From NCBI GenBank assembly GCA_964016885.1, contig OZ024741.1, positions 331,762,001-331,826,000 of the forward strand: a stretch of DNA of 64,000 nucleotides, written 5' to 3'. This DNA is from Eledone cirrhosa (Eukaryota). Positions 26,299-39,193 of the stretch are shown here, piece after piece (within the stretch, counting starts at the first letter, position 1; each line of letters begins with the position of its first letter). The notes beneath the pieces are model-generated. The model saw nothing but the letters and a program-made list of their open reading frames with translations. It had not been told where the DNA came from and searched no databases. Made by a program: the position numbers and the translations under genes.

Positions 26299-26817
26299 AA
26301 GGTTTCTTGGTGAGGAGGGTGACTTTGGACATCCTGCAGTACTAAAAACAAAACCTGTCAAAGGGCAAAGGAGCTCTTAAGAGTCAATGGCCATCCTCCA
26401 AAATCACCAGGAGAGATGACCCCTTAGCCTTTGTCAAGGCAGAATTCTAGGAGAAGGAAAACTCTGATATAACACCTGCAACCCTGATGGTATCCAATGA
26501 TGTTGACTTGTTCTTCTTTTTGGTAAATATCAAATTGGTTAAGAGAGTGGGACTGGCTTTGTGCAGTGCCTTTGCTCACTATAAAAGCTTCACGGCACAG
26601 GCATTGCTTTATATCTGGAGATCTCTCTGCACTTGTCGTCACATGGTACCATGGGCCCAGCACTATGTGTCAATAATTGTCACAAGTGTAGTGTTTGTAC
26701 CAGAGTTTTCAAGTCGCTGGCTGGACTAAAAAGTCTCACTTGTTCAGTGCATCGGTAGGGGTTCTCCTACATGGATATAAAGTAGTGGCCGTACTCGAAA
26801 ACGAGTTGGCAGCCACC
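26299..26817 (+). mobile_element. Bipartite non-autonomous RTE derivative, 5'-truncated
   Basis: Matches 42058-42580; followed by (ATGT)n. Confidence 0.85.
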
Positions 26818-26888
26818 ATGTATGTATGTATGTATGTATGTATGTATGTATGTATGTATGTATGTATGTATGTATGTATGTATGTATG

Positions 26889-26930
<42 letters not shown>

Positions 26931-27530
26931 TATATATATACATATATACAGAGAGATATATCATCATTTGTTCGCAACTACCATAAAAGCATAATAATAT
27001 TGAGTTTCTCATATCTGAAATAATTTAGGGGAAGAAGAAATTCCATATATTTTTCTATTCACCATATTTCCATTTTCTTACAACAAAGGTGTTTGATAGT
27101 ACCAAGAAACTCTTTCTTATTAACAATACTTTGTTTTGTCTCATTTACTCAAACTATTGGATTTACCAAAAAAAAAAAAAAAATGGCAGCAACATTGATC
27201 GAAGTGCTTAGCATTTGCTGCCATTTCTTAATCTCTATCAATTCCATGTGGTACATATAATATGATTTTGTTTTATACTGCAATCAATGTCCATTGATTT
27301 ACAAGGTGTCAGATCGTTTAGTTACATTCTATTAAGCAGGAAATTCTAGTTTCACAAAGGCCGATATTGATTTACAATAAGCACCATAGACTCCCTAAAT
27401 CACAATAGCAGAAAATACTTTTATAGTAAATAGTTTCCTTTAAGTATCAGTCAAACTCTCAACTGCTTTTTCTCACAACATTTTGCTGTTTTTATTGTTA
27501 TTGCCATCATTGTTAACATCAATCTTTATA

Positions 27531-27952
27531 CGAGGGAGGGCTGAAAAGTTCATAGGCTGACTATGAAGGAATGATACTAAAGCTGTGAAATCTTGCATGC
27601 ATTAACCCTTTAGTATTTACATTACTCTCTATAAACTATTATATTTTCATGGTAAAAGCTTTACCCCACATAATTATCTCACATAATATCGTGTCTATGA
27701 GATTTTGATATTACTTATTTTGAGAACAATACCTTAACATCAATATGAGTGGCCAGTTATAGCTGGTTTGAACAGAAAGAGGTGAGAGAATTCTGGCCGG
27801 ATATGGCTGGTTTAAATGCTAAAGGGTTAATTTCAACTCTTTATATTAATAACTGCATTGTTTCTTTCCATGGATTATGTTGAAAAATAAACTTCATTTG
27901 GTCATTATATGAGAGTATTTTGGTCAGCTTATGAACTTTTCAGCCAACCCTG
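27531..27952. mobile_element. Tc1/mariner MITE with nested piggyBac MITE (27606-27826)
   Basis: Outer TIRs as at 28211; inner CCCTTTAG..CTAAAGGG with TTAA TSD; the empty TTAA site is visible in the 1.6-kb copy. Confidence 0.85.
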
Positions 27953-28210
27953 ATATAGTAAATAGTTTCCTTGAAGTATCATCTTAACTCTCAACTGCTT
28001 TTTCTTGCCACATTTTGCTGTTATTATTGTTGCCATAATTGCTAACATCAATCTATAAATTTTGTGTAAATTTCTGTGGTGAGGAATTGATTTATTCAGA
28101 CCTGTGTCATCACCTTTGTTCTTATAATCATACGAAAATCTTATGACAAGGATTATTTGGTTAGTCTAAAATCAACACAACAGTGTTTAAGAGTGTGCAG
28201 ATGGTTCATA

Positions 28211-28380
28211 TGAGGGTTGGCTGAAGAGTTCATAGGCTGACCAAGATACTCTCACGGAATGAGGTTTACTTTTCAACATAGTCCCTGGAAAAAAACAATG
28301 CAGTTATTAATAAGAAGAGATTTCACAGCTCTAGCATCAATCTTTCATAGTCAGCCTATGAATTTTTCAGCCAACCCTTG
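28211..28380. mobile_element. Tc1/mariner MITE
   Basis: ~30-bp TIRs, TA flanks. Confidence 0.8.
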
Positions 28381-29451
28381 TATTACAGTTTTTACTATTT
28401 ACTGATTTAGCAGTTATCAGTAAAGTGTCAGACGACATGCTTTGTGGCATATGGTTACATCCCTTTATATTCTGAGTTCAAATTCCACAAAAATTAGCCT
28501 TGCTTTTCATCCTTATAGGTTTGATAAAATAAAATGCCAGTAATGCATTGGGGTCAATTTAATCAACTTTCCCTTCCTCCAAATTGTTCGCTTTGTGCTT
28601 AAATCAGAAACCATTATTCTAAACTGATGTGAAGGCGGGGTATTGGCAGAGTCAGAAAACATGCTTTGCAATATTTTGTATGGCTCTTTACATTCCGAGT
28701 TCAAATTTAGCCAAGGTTCTCAGGGAGATCCATCATGACATAGAATGAGCCAAGGCTGGCTCTTCGACTTACAGGTAAAATTGATTTTTGTTATATAAAA
28801 TATTGTGATTCTTTTTATAGTGTATGTGTGTGCATGTATGTGTGTGTATGTGTGTGTATGTATGTCTTTATGTATGTATGCATGTATGTATCTATGTGTG
28901 TATGTATATGTGTTAGCGTGGAAAATGGGCGTTAAACTATGATGAGCATGATGATGTATCTAAGTATGTATGTATCTATGTATGTGTATATATATGTGCT
29001 AGCGTGGAAAATGGACGTTGAATGATGATGATGATGATGTATTTAAGTATGTATGTATATATCTAAGTATGTATGTATCTAAGTATGTATGTATGTATGT
29101 ATGTTCTTCTAGGTTTATAATTTCACAAATTTTTCCCAATAGAGAGAGAGTCGGTTTCTAACATAGTTACAAGATTCTCTCATTCGAATTTACTCAACAT
29201 CAACTAAGTAGATATGTATGCATGTCTGCATGCATGTGTAGTAGATATGGATGTGATGTTATTGTATGTGTGCATGTGTATATGCTTTGTGTACATGTGT
29301 ATATGCAGTATTAGACGCAAACATTTTGGAATGTTTTACATATTTTTACTGTTCCATTAATGGATTGTACTTGTAATTTCCTAACTAGTTGTGTTCTTTC
29401 TGTTCCTGTGAAGCACAGCTTCTCAAGATTTGTATTGAGGCAGTTACTAAC

Positions 29452-29482
<31 letters not shown>

Positions 29483-29715
29483 TGTATGTATGTATGTATG
29501 TATGTATTATGTATGCATGAATATATGTATGTATGTATATATTTATGCATGTATGTATTTATGCATGTATGTATTTATGCATGTATGAGTGTATGTATGT
29601 ATTGATGTATGTATGTATGTATGTATTGATGTATGTATGTATGTAATTATGTATTATGAATGCAAGCATATACACACACATTCATAATGTAAGCATATAC
29701 ATTTTAATTATATAT

Positions 29716-30781
29716 CATCATCATCATCATCATCATCATCAACGTTTAACGTCCGTGTTCCACGCTTGCATGGGTTTGGACGGGGGTATTCCCACTTGAG
29801 GCAAGAGTGATTGTCTTGCTCGCATAGGACTGTCTGGCAGGTTTTCTACAGTTGGATGCCCTTCCTAACACCAACCACATTTACAGTGTGGGTCTGGGAG
29901 GTTTTTACCGTGTTGCCTACACGGCCACATTACAGCGTGGACTGTGTGTTTTTTTGTCGTGACACCTACACGATCTCATTTGTTTCGGCCTGGATGGTGT
30001 GGCACCAACATAACTTTACATAGAAGGGGGCGGTGTGGATGGGGTGGGGGTGGTGGGACGGGGGTGTATTTTGTTAGAGATGCCTACTGACTGTAGTAGG
30101 TTTGACTTTGTATTTAGGTAAGGCGGGTCTTCTCTATTACTGAGTACCGCCAAAGGTGACATTGTCTTGGTGAGGTGTAAGTGTGTGAGGTCGGAGTTTA
30201 TCAGCTCGTCCCAGGTTTTTCTGGGTCTGCCTATTCCGTGGCTACCGTCTATCTTTATTGCCCTGCACTTTGTTATACAGCTATCGTCCTTCATGCGCAC
30301 CACGTGACCATACCAACGTAGCCTTCTCTCTAGTAAACAACATCTGATCCCTCTTATTTCTAATTTTTTTCTTAGTTCGTTTATGCTTTGTCGTTCATGT
30401 ATATTACTATTACACATCCAGCGGAGCATGCAAGCTTCGTTTCTCTCTAGTCTGCGTATATCCTCTGCACACAATGCCCAGGTCTCACTGCCATGCAACA
30501 TTGCTGTTCGTATGCAGGCATCATACAGCCTGCCTTTCATTTTTAGGGAGAACCCTTTAGCGGCTAATAGTGGTATAAGCTCTCTGAACTTTTTCCACCC
30601 AGTTCTGACTCTAGCTACTGTACTTTCAGAGCACCCTCCCCCACTGCTGATTTTGTCACCCAGGTAACGGAAGCTGTCCACTATTTCTATAGAACCCTCT
30701 GCGCAATTGAAAGAGCTAGTATTTTGTGGGCACTTGCTGCTACTTATTTCCCCAGAACACCGGCCACATGTAAAATCTATG
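29716..30781 (-). mobile_element. RTE-type LINE, 5'-truncated, with 36-bp flanking duplication
   Basis: ORF 30016-30681; direct repeats 29680-29715 and 30797-30832. Confidence 0.93.
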
Positions 30782-31100
30782 TATATATAATTATATATTC
30801 ATAATGTAAGCATACACATTTTAATTATATATATATATAAATATATATTCGTGTGCAGATCTTTTTGTATACACACACACAATACATAGGAAAACAGAAA
30901 CAGAAATACAAAAACAAAACATAAACAAACACAGCATATGTATTTGTTTACATGCGCAGACTCTTTTGTACACACACAATATTTAGGAAAACGGAAACAA
31001 AATACACAAAAAAAAAAACAAAAAAAACAACAGACATTTTATTTCTATCGTAATCAAGTGCGCTAAACCTATATTGTTTACATTCTGTGTTTTTCTACGG

Positions 31101-31646
31101 ATGGGCAGAAATAACAAAATTGCCATGGTGATATCCGTCGGTGAAGTATGAGACAAAACTGGTCGATGTTCCAAAATAGAACATTGCCCAGAAAACCACA
31201 CCTGCCATATCTGTACGGAACCCGAAAACTCGTTCCGTAATCGCTGGGTCGAATGTGGAACCTGTCGCGTCTCTGTCTGCCTTCAATGCGCCATAGGCTT
31301 CCGGAGGATCCCAGGCCCAAAAAAGAGACATCATATTGCTATGATGGATGGACTGTGGGAGATGGTCCAGCTAAAATCCTGGTCCTTTCAGTGCCTGGCC
31401 TGTGTGTTTGCCTCCACCAATGTTATTGAAAAACAACAACAACAAAAAAAAACGATGACTGTATCTTCCTCTACCGTTGTTACTGAACACCGGCAAAAAC
31501 CTATGACACTGGCTTCTGATGCTATTCCTGTGGAAGGACATCAGAAACAACAACCACCCATGTCTTCCGCTCCCAGTACATCTCGACACCAACAACCGGC
31601 GACTGTGTCCTCCCCTACCATTCCTGTGGAGGAACATCATCAACAA

Positions 31647-31694
<48 letters not shown>

Positions 31695-32366
31695 CAACAA
31701 CAACAACAGCAGCAGCAGCAACAACAACCGACCAGTACAGATTTTGCAGAATTGCAACTAATGATTTCTGCTTTAAGAAGTGAAGTAACAGGAATAAAAG
31801 CAAGCATTCGGGTAGGACCACACAATGAGGGGTCTTATCGGAATGCTTTGCTAAAGAATCTCCCTGTACCTCTTGCCGTATCTGGGCACACTGTGAAGAC
31901 TGCGGAATCTGCTACCCATGAAGTAATTGCTATTGGGGTCCCAGATGACAAGGCTGATCTTCAGGCATTTGCTGCCAGCTCAGCCAAAGACCTAGGCTGT
32001 GTTCCCCCAAAGGGTGATCTCCGCCTTGGTCAACCTGGTCCAAAACCCAGACTCATCAGGCTGTCTTTTTTGGACCCCGCTGAGGTAATTTCATACCATC
32101 TGGCCTCTGTTAAAGCTGGGCGGGAAAATCGGATTATCTTCCGAACACGCCCAGGCCTACCACCTCATGTACGTCCAAAGCTATGTGCTGCAGCTTCCTT
32201 GAATCGGAACTCAGCACAACATGAAAGTTTTAGTCTGCGTGATGATGGGCAGATCTGGAGGTTTGTTAAGGCTGGTGAAACGTGGAAGAGAGATACCAGC
32301 TGGTCTGAGTGTGCTCTACACACAATAACTGGCAATGAAAAAACTGCAACAACCCTGGGAAACTAA
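31101..32366 (+). pseudogene. CR1 ORF1: PHD-like finger, polyQ, coiled coil
   Basis: In frame from ATG 31101 with one TGA (31149); CHIC..WVECGTC..CLQC..FQCLAC; CAG/CAA run 31641-31727. Confidence 0.8.
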
Positions 32367-32414
32367 ACCAGAACAACCTGCCATCCTCTACACACCATCA
32401 TAAACTCTAAGCAG

Positions 32415-35187
32415 GGTACAAATTGTTGTCCTTAAATGCTCGCAGTTTATGCAACAAGATACATCTGTTTAACTCCTACGTCAGAAGCATCGACCCTGAC
32501 TTCATCACAGTCACGGAAACATGGGCACATTCCTTACTCTGTGATGGAGTTTTCAGCATTACTGGGTACAACCTTTTTCCGCAAAAACCGCATTAATCGC
32601 CGTGGTGGTGTGATAGTCTACGTTCGTTCAAACTTTTCGGTAATTCCTTGCGTTGATTTGAACGAATCACAAGAAGAAGTTTTTTTTTGTGACATACGTA
32701 TGACCATGTCAACACTTCTGCTTGGTGTTGTTTATTGCCCCCCAAACTACCATCAGGACACACAGCTTTGCGATATCCTCAGCTGCTGCTGCCAGGAAAA
32801 CAGCCACTTATGTGTTTATTGCAGGTGACTTCAATCATCCTTAGATCGATTGGGAAACCTTTCGTTGGCTACAAAGTGCAAACGATTTCCTTGAGCTAGT
32901 GCTGGACTCAAACTGGTCACAAGTAGTCACCTCTCCAACAAGAGGTGACAACACTTTGGACCTGATCTTCACCACTACTCCTGAAGTGGTTATCAGTTGT
33001 ACTACTGAGGAACCTCTAGGCGACTCTGATCACGCTATGATCATTGCCAATCTGGCTCTTGCGGGCAGCAACAAAAACCAGAGCCATCTCCAATCTGCTT
33101 GCTTTGATTGGAAGAGGGCGGATTGGAACTTGTACTGCACTGAGCTACAGCGCCCAAACTGGCATGAGATGTATAACTCTGGAGATGTGAACACTATACT
33201 CCAGAGCATCCTGGACTCAATATGGATAGCATGTACAGCATCCGTGCCACGTAAGCAGAAAAAAAAACACCCCAAAAGTGCAATTTGGGAAACTTCAGCA
33301 GTCCGAATTACCAGGAAAGAACGTCGGAACGCTGAATGAGAATATAAACTGCATAAATCAGATGCCAACAGAAAAAAGCGGAATAAATCTTCCAACCATC
33401 TCAAGCAAGTGACAAAGAAGGCAGTGCTTGAATTTGAACAGTGCATAGCAACCAATCCTGACAGTAAGGTGTTCTGGAAATATGTTCATTCAAAGCAGAG
33501 ACCTCACTCTCCAGTTGATCCTCTTCGCAATCCCCACACAAGCCATATCACTGACGATCCCAAAGAATGTGCAGAACTCATTGCTGAGTGCTATGCAAGC
33601 ATTTTTACTGTTGAAAACCAGAATGTACCATTTCCATCATCTCTAACATCAAATTCCATAACAACTATGGAATTTACACCTGCAATGTTGCGACGTCACC
33701 TTAAGAATAAGCGCAACTATGCCTCCCCTGATCTTGATGGTATGCCATACCTGCTTCTCAAACGTGGCGGGTACTTCCTTTTGCACCAGCTTTCTTTCTT
33801 TCTTTCAATACTGTCTCAACAATGGTGCTACTCCGGAGCAGTGGAAAACTGCCAGTGTCATTCCCCTGTTCAAAAAGGGTGACGGCACGTCACCTGTCAA
33901 TTATCGTCCAGTCAGTCTTACTAGCTGTATTGCCAAACTGATGGAATCCGGTGTCAGAGAAACACTTTGGAACTTCTGGAGCTCTCACAGCCTCATCCAG
34001 CCCTCACAGTTGGGATTTATCCCTAACTCCAGCTGCTGTGATCAGCTTATCGAGTTCCTTGAAGACATTACCCGGATCACTGACAGCGACTCATGGGTGG
34101 ATGTTGTTTACCTTGACTTCGCTAAGGCTTTTAATTTTGTCCCACACAAAAGACTTATGGCAAAACTATCTGCAATGGGTGTGAGAGATGATCTTTTTAA
34201 CTGGTTGAAATCCTTCATTCTCAGCCGAAAAGAGGTAGTCACGGTTCTAGGACAGCATTCTTCACCATATGAGATGTCATCTGGTGTACCACAGGGATCT
34301 CTTCTTGGTCTCCTTTTGTTTGTGGCATATATTAATGACATAGATGCCAACTTAAAGAATGCCACGGTACTGAAATATGCAGATGACATCAAGCTGTACC
34401 TTGAAATCAAAAGGACTGATCCTGAAATCTACAACTCTTTCCTACAATCAGAGCTGGACACAATGCAGCAATGGATCACAGACTGGCAACTGAAGTTGGC
34501 TGTGGACAAGTGTACCACCATGCATTTTGGGAGGAAAAATCCAGCGTCCACATACTCCCTCCACAACACTGATATCAAGAAGTCCTCTTGTGAATGTGAC
34601 CTGAGCATTACTGTCAGCAGCGATTTGCGTTGGACAAAGCATGTCTCTAAGATTGTCAAGAAGGCCGAGGGTGTCTTGGCATCACTCAGCAAAACTTTTG
34701 TTAGCCGCTCTCCAGCCATCTATTTAAAGATGTATACAGCTATGGTACGACCACACTTGGAATTCGCATATCAGTCTGGAACCCCTATCTTGCTCAGAAC
34801 ATTGACCTCCTGGAAACTGTTCATAGATGTGCAACCAAGTGCATACCCTCCATCAGACACCTACCATACTCTGAACGTCTTGCTTCCCTGGGCATGGATT
34901 CATTGAAGCTCTGACGTCTGGCAATACACTTGGTAAACACCCACAAAGTTATTAACCATCTCGCCAACAACAACCCTGAGCACCTTTTTGATCTCCATGT
35001 GTCTAACACACGTGGACATGCCTACAAAATCAGAAAACAGCACAGCTCCCATGACTTTCGGAAACATTTGTTCACGCTCAGAGTTGTTGAAGCATGGAAC
35101 AAACTGCCTGCGTCAGTTGTTAGCTGCCGAGACACTGGATCCTTTAAAACCCTCATGCTTCCCAAAATTTGCCAAAACTACACCTGA
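32415..35187 (+). pseudogene. CR1 ORF2: apurinic endonuclease-reverse transcriptase, frameshifted
   Basis: LNARSL, VTETW, GDFNH, TRGDNTLDL, SDH; NYRPVSLTS, YLDFAKAF, GVPQGS, YADD. Confidence 0.93.
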
Positions 35188-35538
35188 TGTACTCCTTCCA
35201 TACACATGCACACATGTGTATATCATGACTCATGCACTGTTCATTTTCCTGACGTTTGATGAGTTGTAGTGCACCTGAGCACTAAACACAATATTTCATT
35301 ATTATAAATCCCGCCGAGGTTGACTTTGCCTTTCATCCTTACGGGGTCGTTAAATAAAGTACCAGTAATTCACTGGATAATTGCTGGCCTTGTGCCTAAA
35401 GTAGAAACAATTATTATTATTATTATTTATATGTTGGTATTTATTTATGTTCTTCTGGTTTTATAATTTCACAAATTTTTACCAATGTATGTATGTAACT
35501 AAGTATGTATGTATGTATGTATGTATGTATATATGTAT

Positions 35539-35982
35539 GAGCTCTTAAGAGTCAATGGCCATCCAAAATCACCGGGAGAGATGACCCCTTAGCCTTTGTC
35601 AAGGTAGAATTCTAGGAGAAGAAAATCTCTGATATAACACCTGCAACCCTGATGGTATCCAATGATGTTGACTTGTTCTTCTTTTTGGTAAATATCATCT
35701 TGGTTAAGAGAGTGGGACTGGCTTTGTGCAGTGCCTTTGCTCACTATAAAAGCTTCACAGCACAGGCATTGCTTTATATCTGGAGATCTCTCTGCACTTG
35801 TCATCACATGGTACCATGGGCCCAGAACTATATGTCAATAATTGTCACAAGTGCAGTGTTTGTACCAGAGTTTTCAAGTCGCTGGCTGGACTAAAAAGTC
35901 ACACTCGTTCAGTGCATCGGTAAGGGTTCTCCTACATGGATATAAAGTAGTGGCCATACTCGAAAACGAGTTGGCAGCCACC
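35539..35982 (+). mobile_element. Bipartite RTE derivative, 5'-truncated
   Basis: Matches 42130-42580. Confidence 0.85.
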
Positions 35983-36004
35983 ATGAATGTATGTATATAT
36001 CTAA

Positions 36005-36599
36005 GTTATATCAGAGTTTTCCTTCTCCTAGAATTCGGCCTTGACAAAGGCTAGGGGTCATCTCTCCCGGTGATTTTGGATGGCCATTGACTCTTAAGAG
36101 CTCCTTTGCCCTTTGACAGGTTTTGTTTTCAGTCCTGCAGGATGTCCAAAGCCACCCTCCTCACCAAGAAACCTTGGTAGGGTTGCCAGTTTAGTCGCCA
36201 ACGACCCGACCATGGGACAGGTTCTACTGGGATACAGGTTACCAGTAGCACCAACTGGTGACCTGACATACCCTGATGGTATCCAATGATGTTGACTTGT
36301 TCTCCTTTTTGGTAAATATCATCTTGGTTAAGAGAGTGGGACTGGCTTTGTGCAGTGCCTTTGCTCACTATAAAAGCTTCACAGCACAGGCATTGCTTTA
36401 TATCTAGAGATCTCTCTGCAGTTGTCATCACATGGTACCATGGGCCCAGCACTATGTGTCAATAATTGTCGCAAGTGTAGTGTTTGTACCAGAGTTTTCA
36501 AGTCGCTGACTGGACTAAAAAGTCACACTCGTTCAGCGCATCGGTAGGGGATCTCCTACTTTTTGAGTGGCCGTACTCGAAAACTAGTTGGCAGCTACC
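36005..36599 (+). mobile_element. Bipartite RTE derivative with 5' inversion
   Basis: 36005-36270 is the reverse complement of the 5' part; forward part resumes after an ~8-nt gap. Confidence 0.88.
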
Positions 36600-36621
36600 A
36601 TATATCTAAGTATGTATGTAT

Positions 36622-37433
36622 GTAGATAAGATAGTGGATTCAGTGAGAGAACGAAGAGTAGCACTGACAAGCTATCACCCTGAAAGATGCCCTTCTGGTA
36701 ATGTATCTTATCAGTCTTAACTTGCTCCTTCTCACCTCTGAGGATCAGATTGGTGTACCAGTTCTTGGTCAGGCGTTCAACAGCAGCTACCAATGGTTGT
36801 GGGACTTTGGCTAACTGTAAAGCCTTAATAATCCACCCATGAGGTACACTATCAAATGCTTTTTGATAGTCCAGCCACACCACAGTCATGTTTCTGCGAT
36901 TCTTTGTTGTTTTTTCCTGAATCATTTTGTTAGTCAGTAGGTGATCTATGTAACCCCACACATCCCTCTTTGCACCAGCTTGCTCAGGTGTTATGATGTT
37001 GTTGGTAGCACAGTGATCCTGTAAGAACAGGTTAAGGCACCCAGTATATAATTTATACATGATGTTTTGGCAGGCTATTGGGCGGTAATTTTTAGCAAGG
37101 GTGGTTTGGCTATTTTGGGGAATGAGGAGAGTAGTGGCAGCTGATAACCATCTGGGCAGTTCTTGTGTGCCCTTAATGGTTTCTGTAAACAGCCGTATGA
37201 GATCTTGCCGATAGAAAGTGAAATTCTTCAACCAGTATCCTGTAATGAGGTCTGGGCCTGGCGATTTCCTATTCGACATTTTCTGTAGAGCTGTTTCCAG
37301 TATTGACCCATCTATGTCATATTGTTTTGTCTGGACATGTTGGCAGTAGTCCTGTTCCAGTTCTTTTAGCCAATTAGCTTGTCTGTTGAATCCGTCATCC
37401 GTTTCCCATACAGATCTCCAGTAGCTCTCAACC

Positions 37434-37434
<1 letters not shown>
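36622..37434 (-). mobile_element. R4/Dong-like non-LTR RT internal fragment
   Basis: Open frame with KSPGPD, NYRPIAC, WLDYQKAFDSVPHGWI, GIFQGDSLS..LSLNPLS. Confidence 0.8.
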
Positions 37435-37464
<30 letters not shown>

Positions 37465-37958
37465 TGTATGTATGTATGTATGTATGTATGTATGTATGTA
37501 TGTATGTATGTATGTATGTATGTATGTATGTATGTATGTATGTATGTATGTATCTAAGTATCTATGTGTGTATGTATGTATCTAAGTATGTATGTATGTA
37601 TCTGAGTATCTATGTGTGTATGTATATATCTAAGTATATATGTATGTATCTATGTCTGTATGTATATATCTAAGTATGTATGTATGTATCTAAGTATCTA
37701 TGTGTGTATGTATATATCTAAGTATGTATGTATCTAAGTATGTATGTGTGTATGTATATATCTAAGTATGTATGTATGTATGTATCTAAGTATCTATGTG
37801 TGTATGTATATATCTAAGTATATGTGTATGTATCTAAGTATCTATGTGTGTATGTATATATCTAAGTATGTATGTATCTAAGTATCTATGTGTGTATGTA
37901 TGTATCTAAGTATGTATGTATGTATCTAAGTATCTATGTGTGTATGTATATATGTATG

Positions 37959-37992
<34 letters not shown>

Positions 37993-39193
37993 TGTATGTA
38001 TGTATGTATGTATGTATGTATGTATGTATGTATGTATGTATGTATGTATGTGTGTATGTGTGTATCTAAGTATGTATGTATGTATCTAAGTATCTATGTG
38101 TGTATGTATATATCTACGTATATATGTATGTATCTAAGTATCTATGTGTGTATGTATATATCTAAGTATGTATGTATCTAAGTATCTATGTGTGTATGTA
38201 TATATCTAAGTATATGTGTATGTATCTAAGTATCTCTGTGTGTATGTATATATCTAAGTATGTATGTATCTAAGTATCTATGTGTGTATGTATATATCTA
38301 AGTATGTATGTATGTATCTAAGTATCTATGTGTGTATGTATGTATCTAAGTATGTATGTATGTATGTATCTAAGTATTTATGTGTGTATGTATATATCTA
38401 AGTATGTATGTATGTATCTAAGTATCTATGTCTGTATGTATATATCTAAGTATGTATGTATGTATCTCAGTATCTATGTGTGTATGTATATATCTAAGTA
38501 TGTATGTATCTAAGTATATATGTGTGTATGTATATATCTAAGTATGTATGTATGTATGTATGTATGTATGTATGTATGTATGTATGTATGTATGTATGTA
38601 TGTATGTATGTATGTATGTATGTATGTATGTATCTAAGTATGTATGTATCTATGTATCTATGTGTGTATGTATATATCTAAGTATATGTGTATGTATCTA
38701 AGTATCTATGTGTGTATGTATATATCTAAGTATATGTGTATGTATCTAAGTATCTCTGTGTGTATGTATATATCTAAGTATGTATGTATGTATCTAAGTA
38801 TCTATGTGTGTATGTATATATCTAAGTATGTATGTATGTATCTATGTATCTATGTGTGTATGTATATATCTAAGTATGTATGTATGTATCTAAGTATCTA
38901 TGTGTGTATGTATATATCTAAGTATGTATGTATGTATGTATGTATGTATGTATGTATGTATGTATGTATGTATGTATGTATGTATGTATGTATGTATGTA
39001 TGTATCTATGTGTGTATGTATATATCTAAGTATGTGTGTATGTATCTATGTATCTATGTGTGTATGTATATATCTAAGTATGTATGTATGTATCTAAGTA
39101 TCTATGTGTGTATGTATGTATCTAAGTATGTATGTATGTATCTAAGTATCTATGTGTGTATGTATGTATCTAAGTATGTATGTATGTATCTAA

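Larger units (their letters stand above)
30850..35303 (+). mobile_element. Near full-length CR1-group LINE
   Basis: Repeated 5' UTR unit, ORF1, APE-RT ORF2, 3' motif TGTAGTGCACCTGAGCACT and (ATT)n tail. Confidence 0.92.

Noticed and set aside
38644-39193. N-terminal third of the 614-aa ORF
   Set aside because: Translation of the TATG satellite that happens to be in frame with a truncated RTE.
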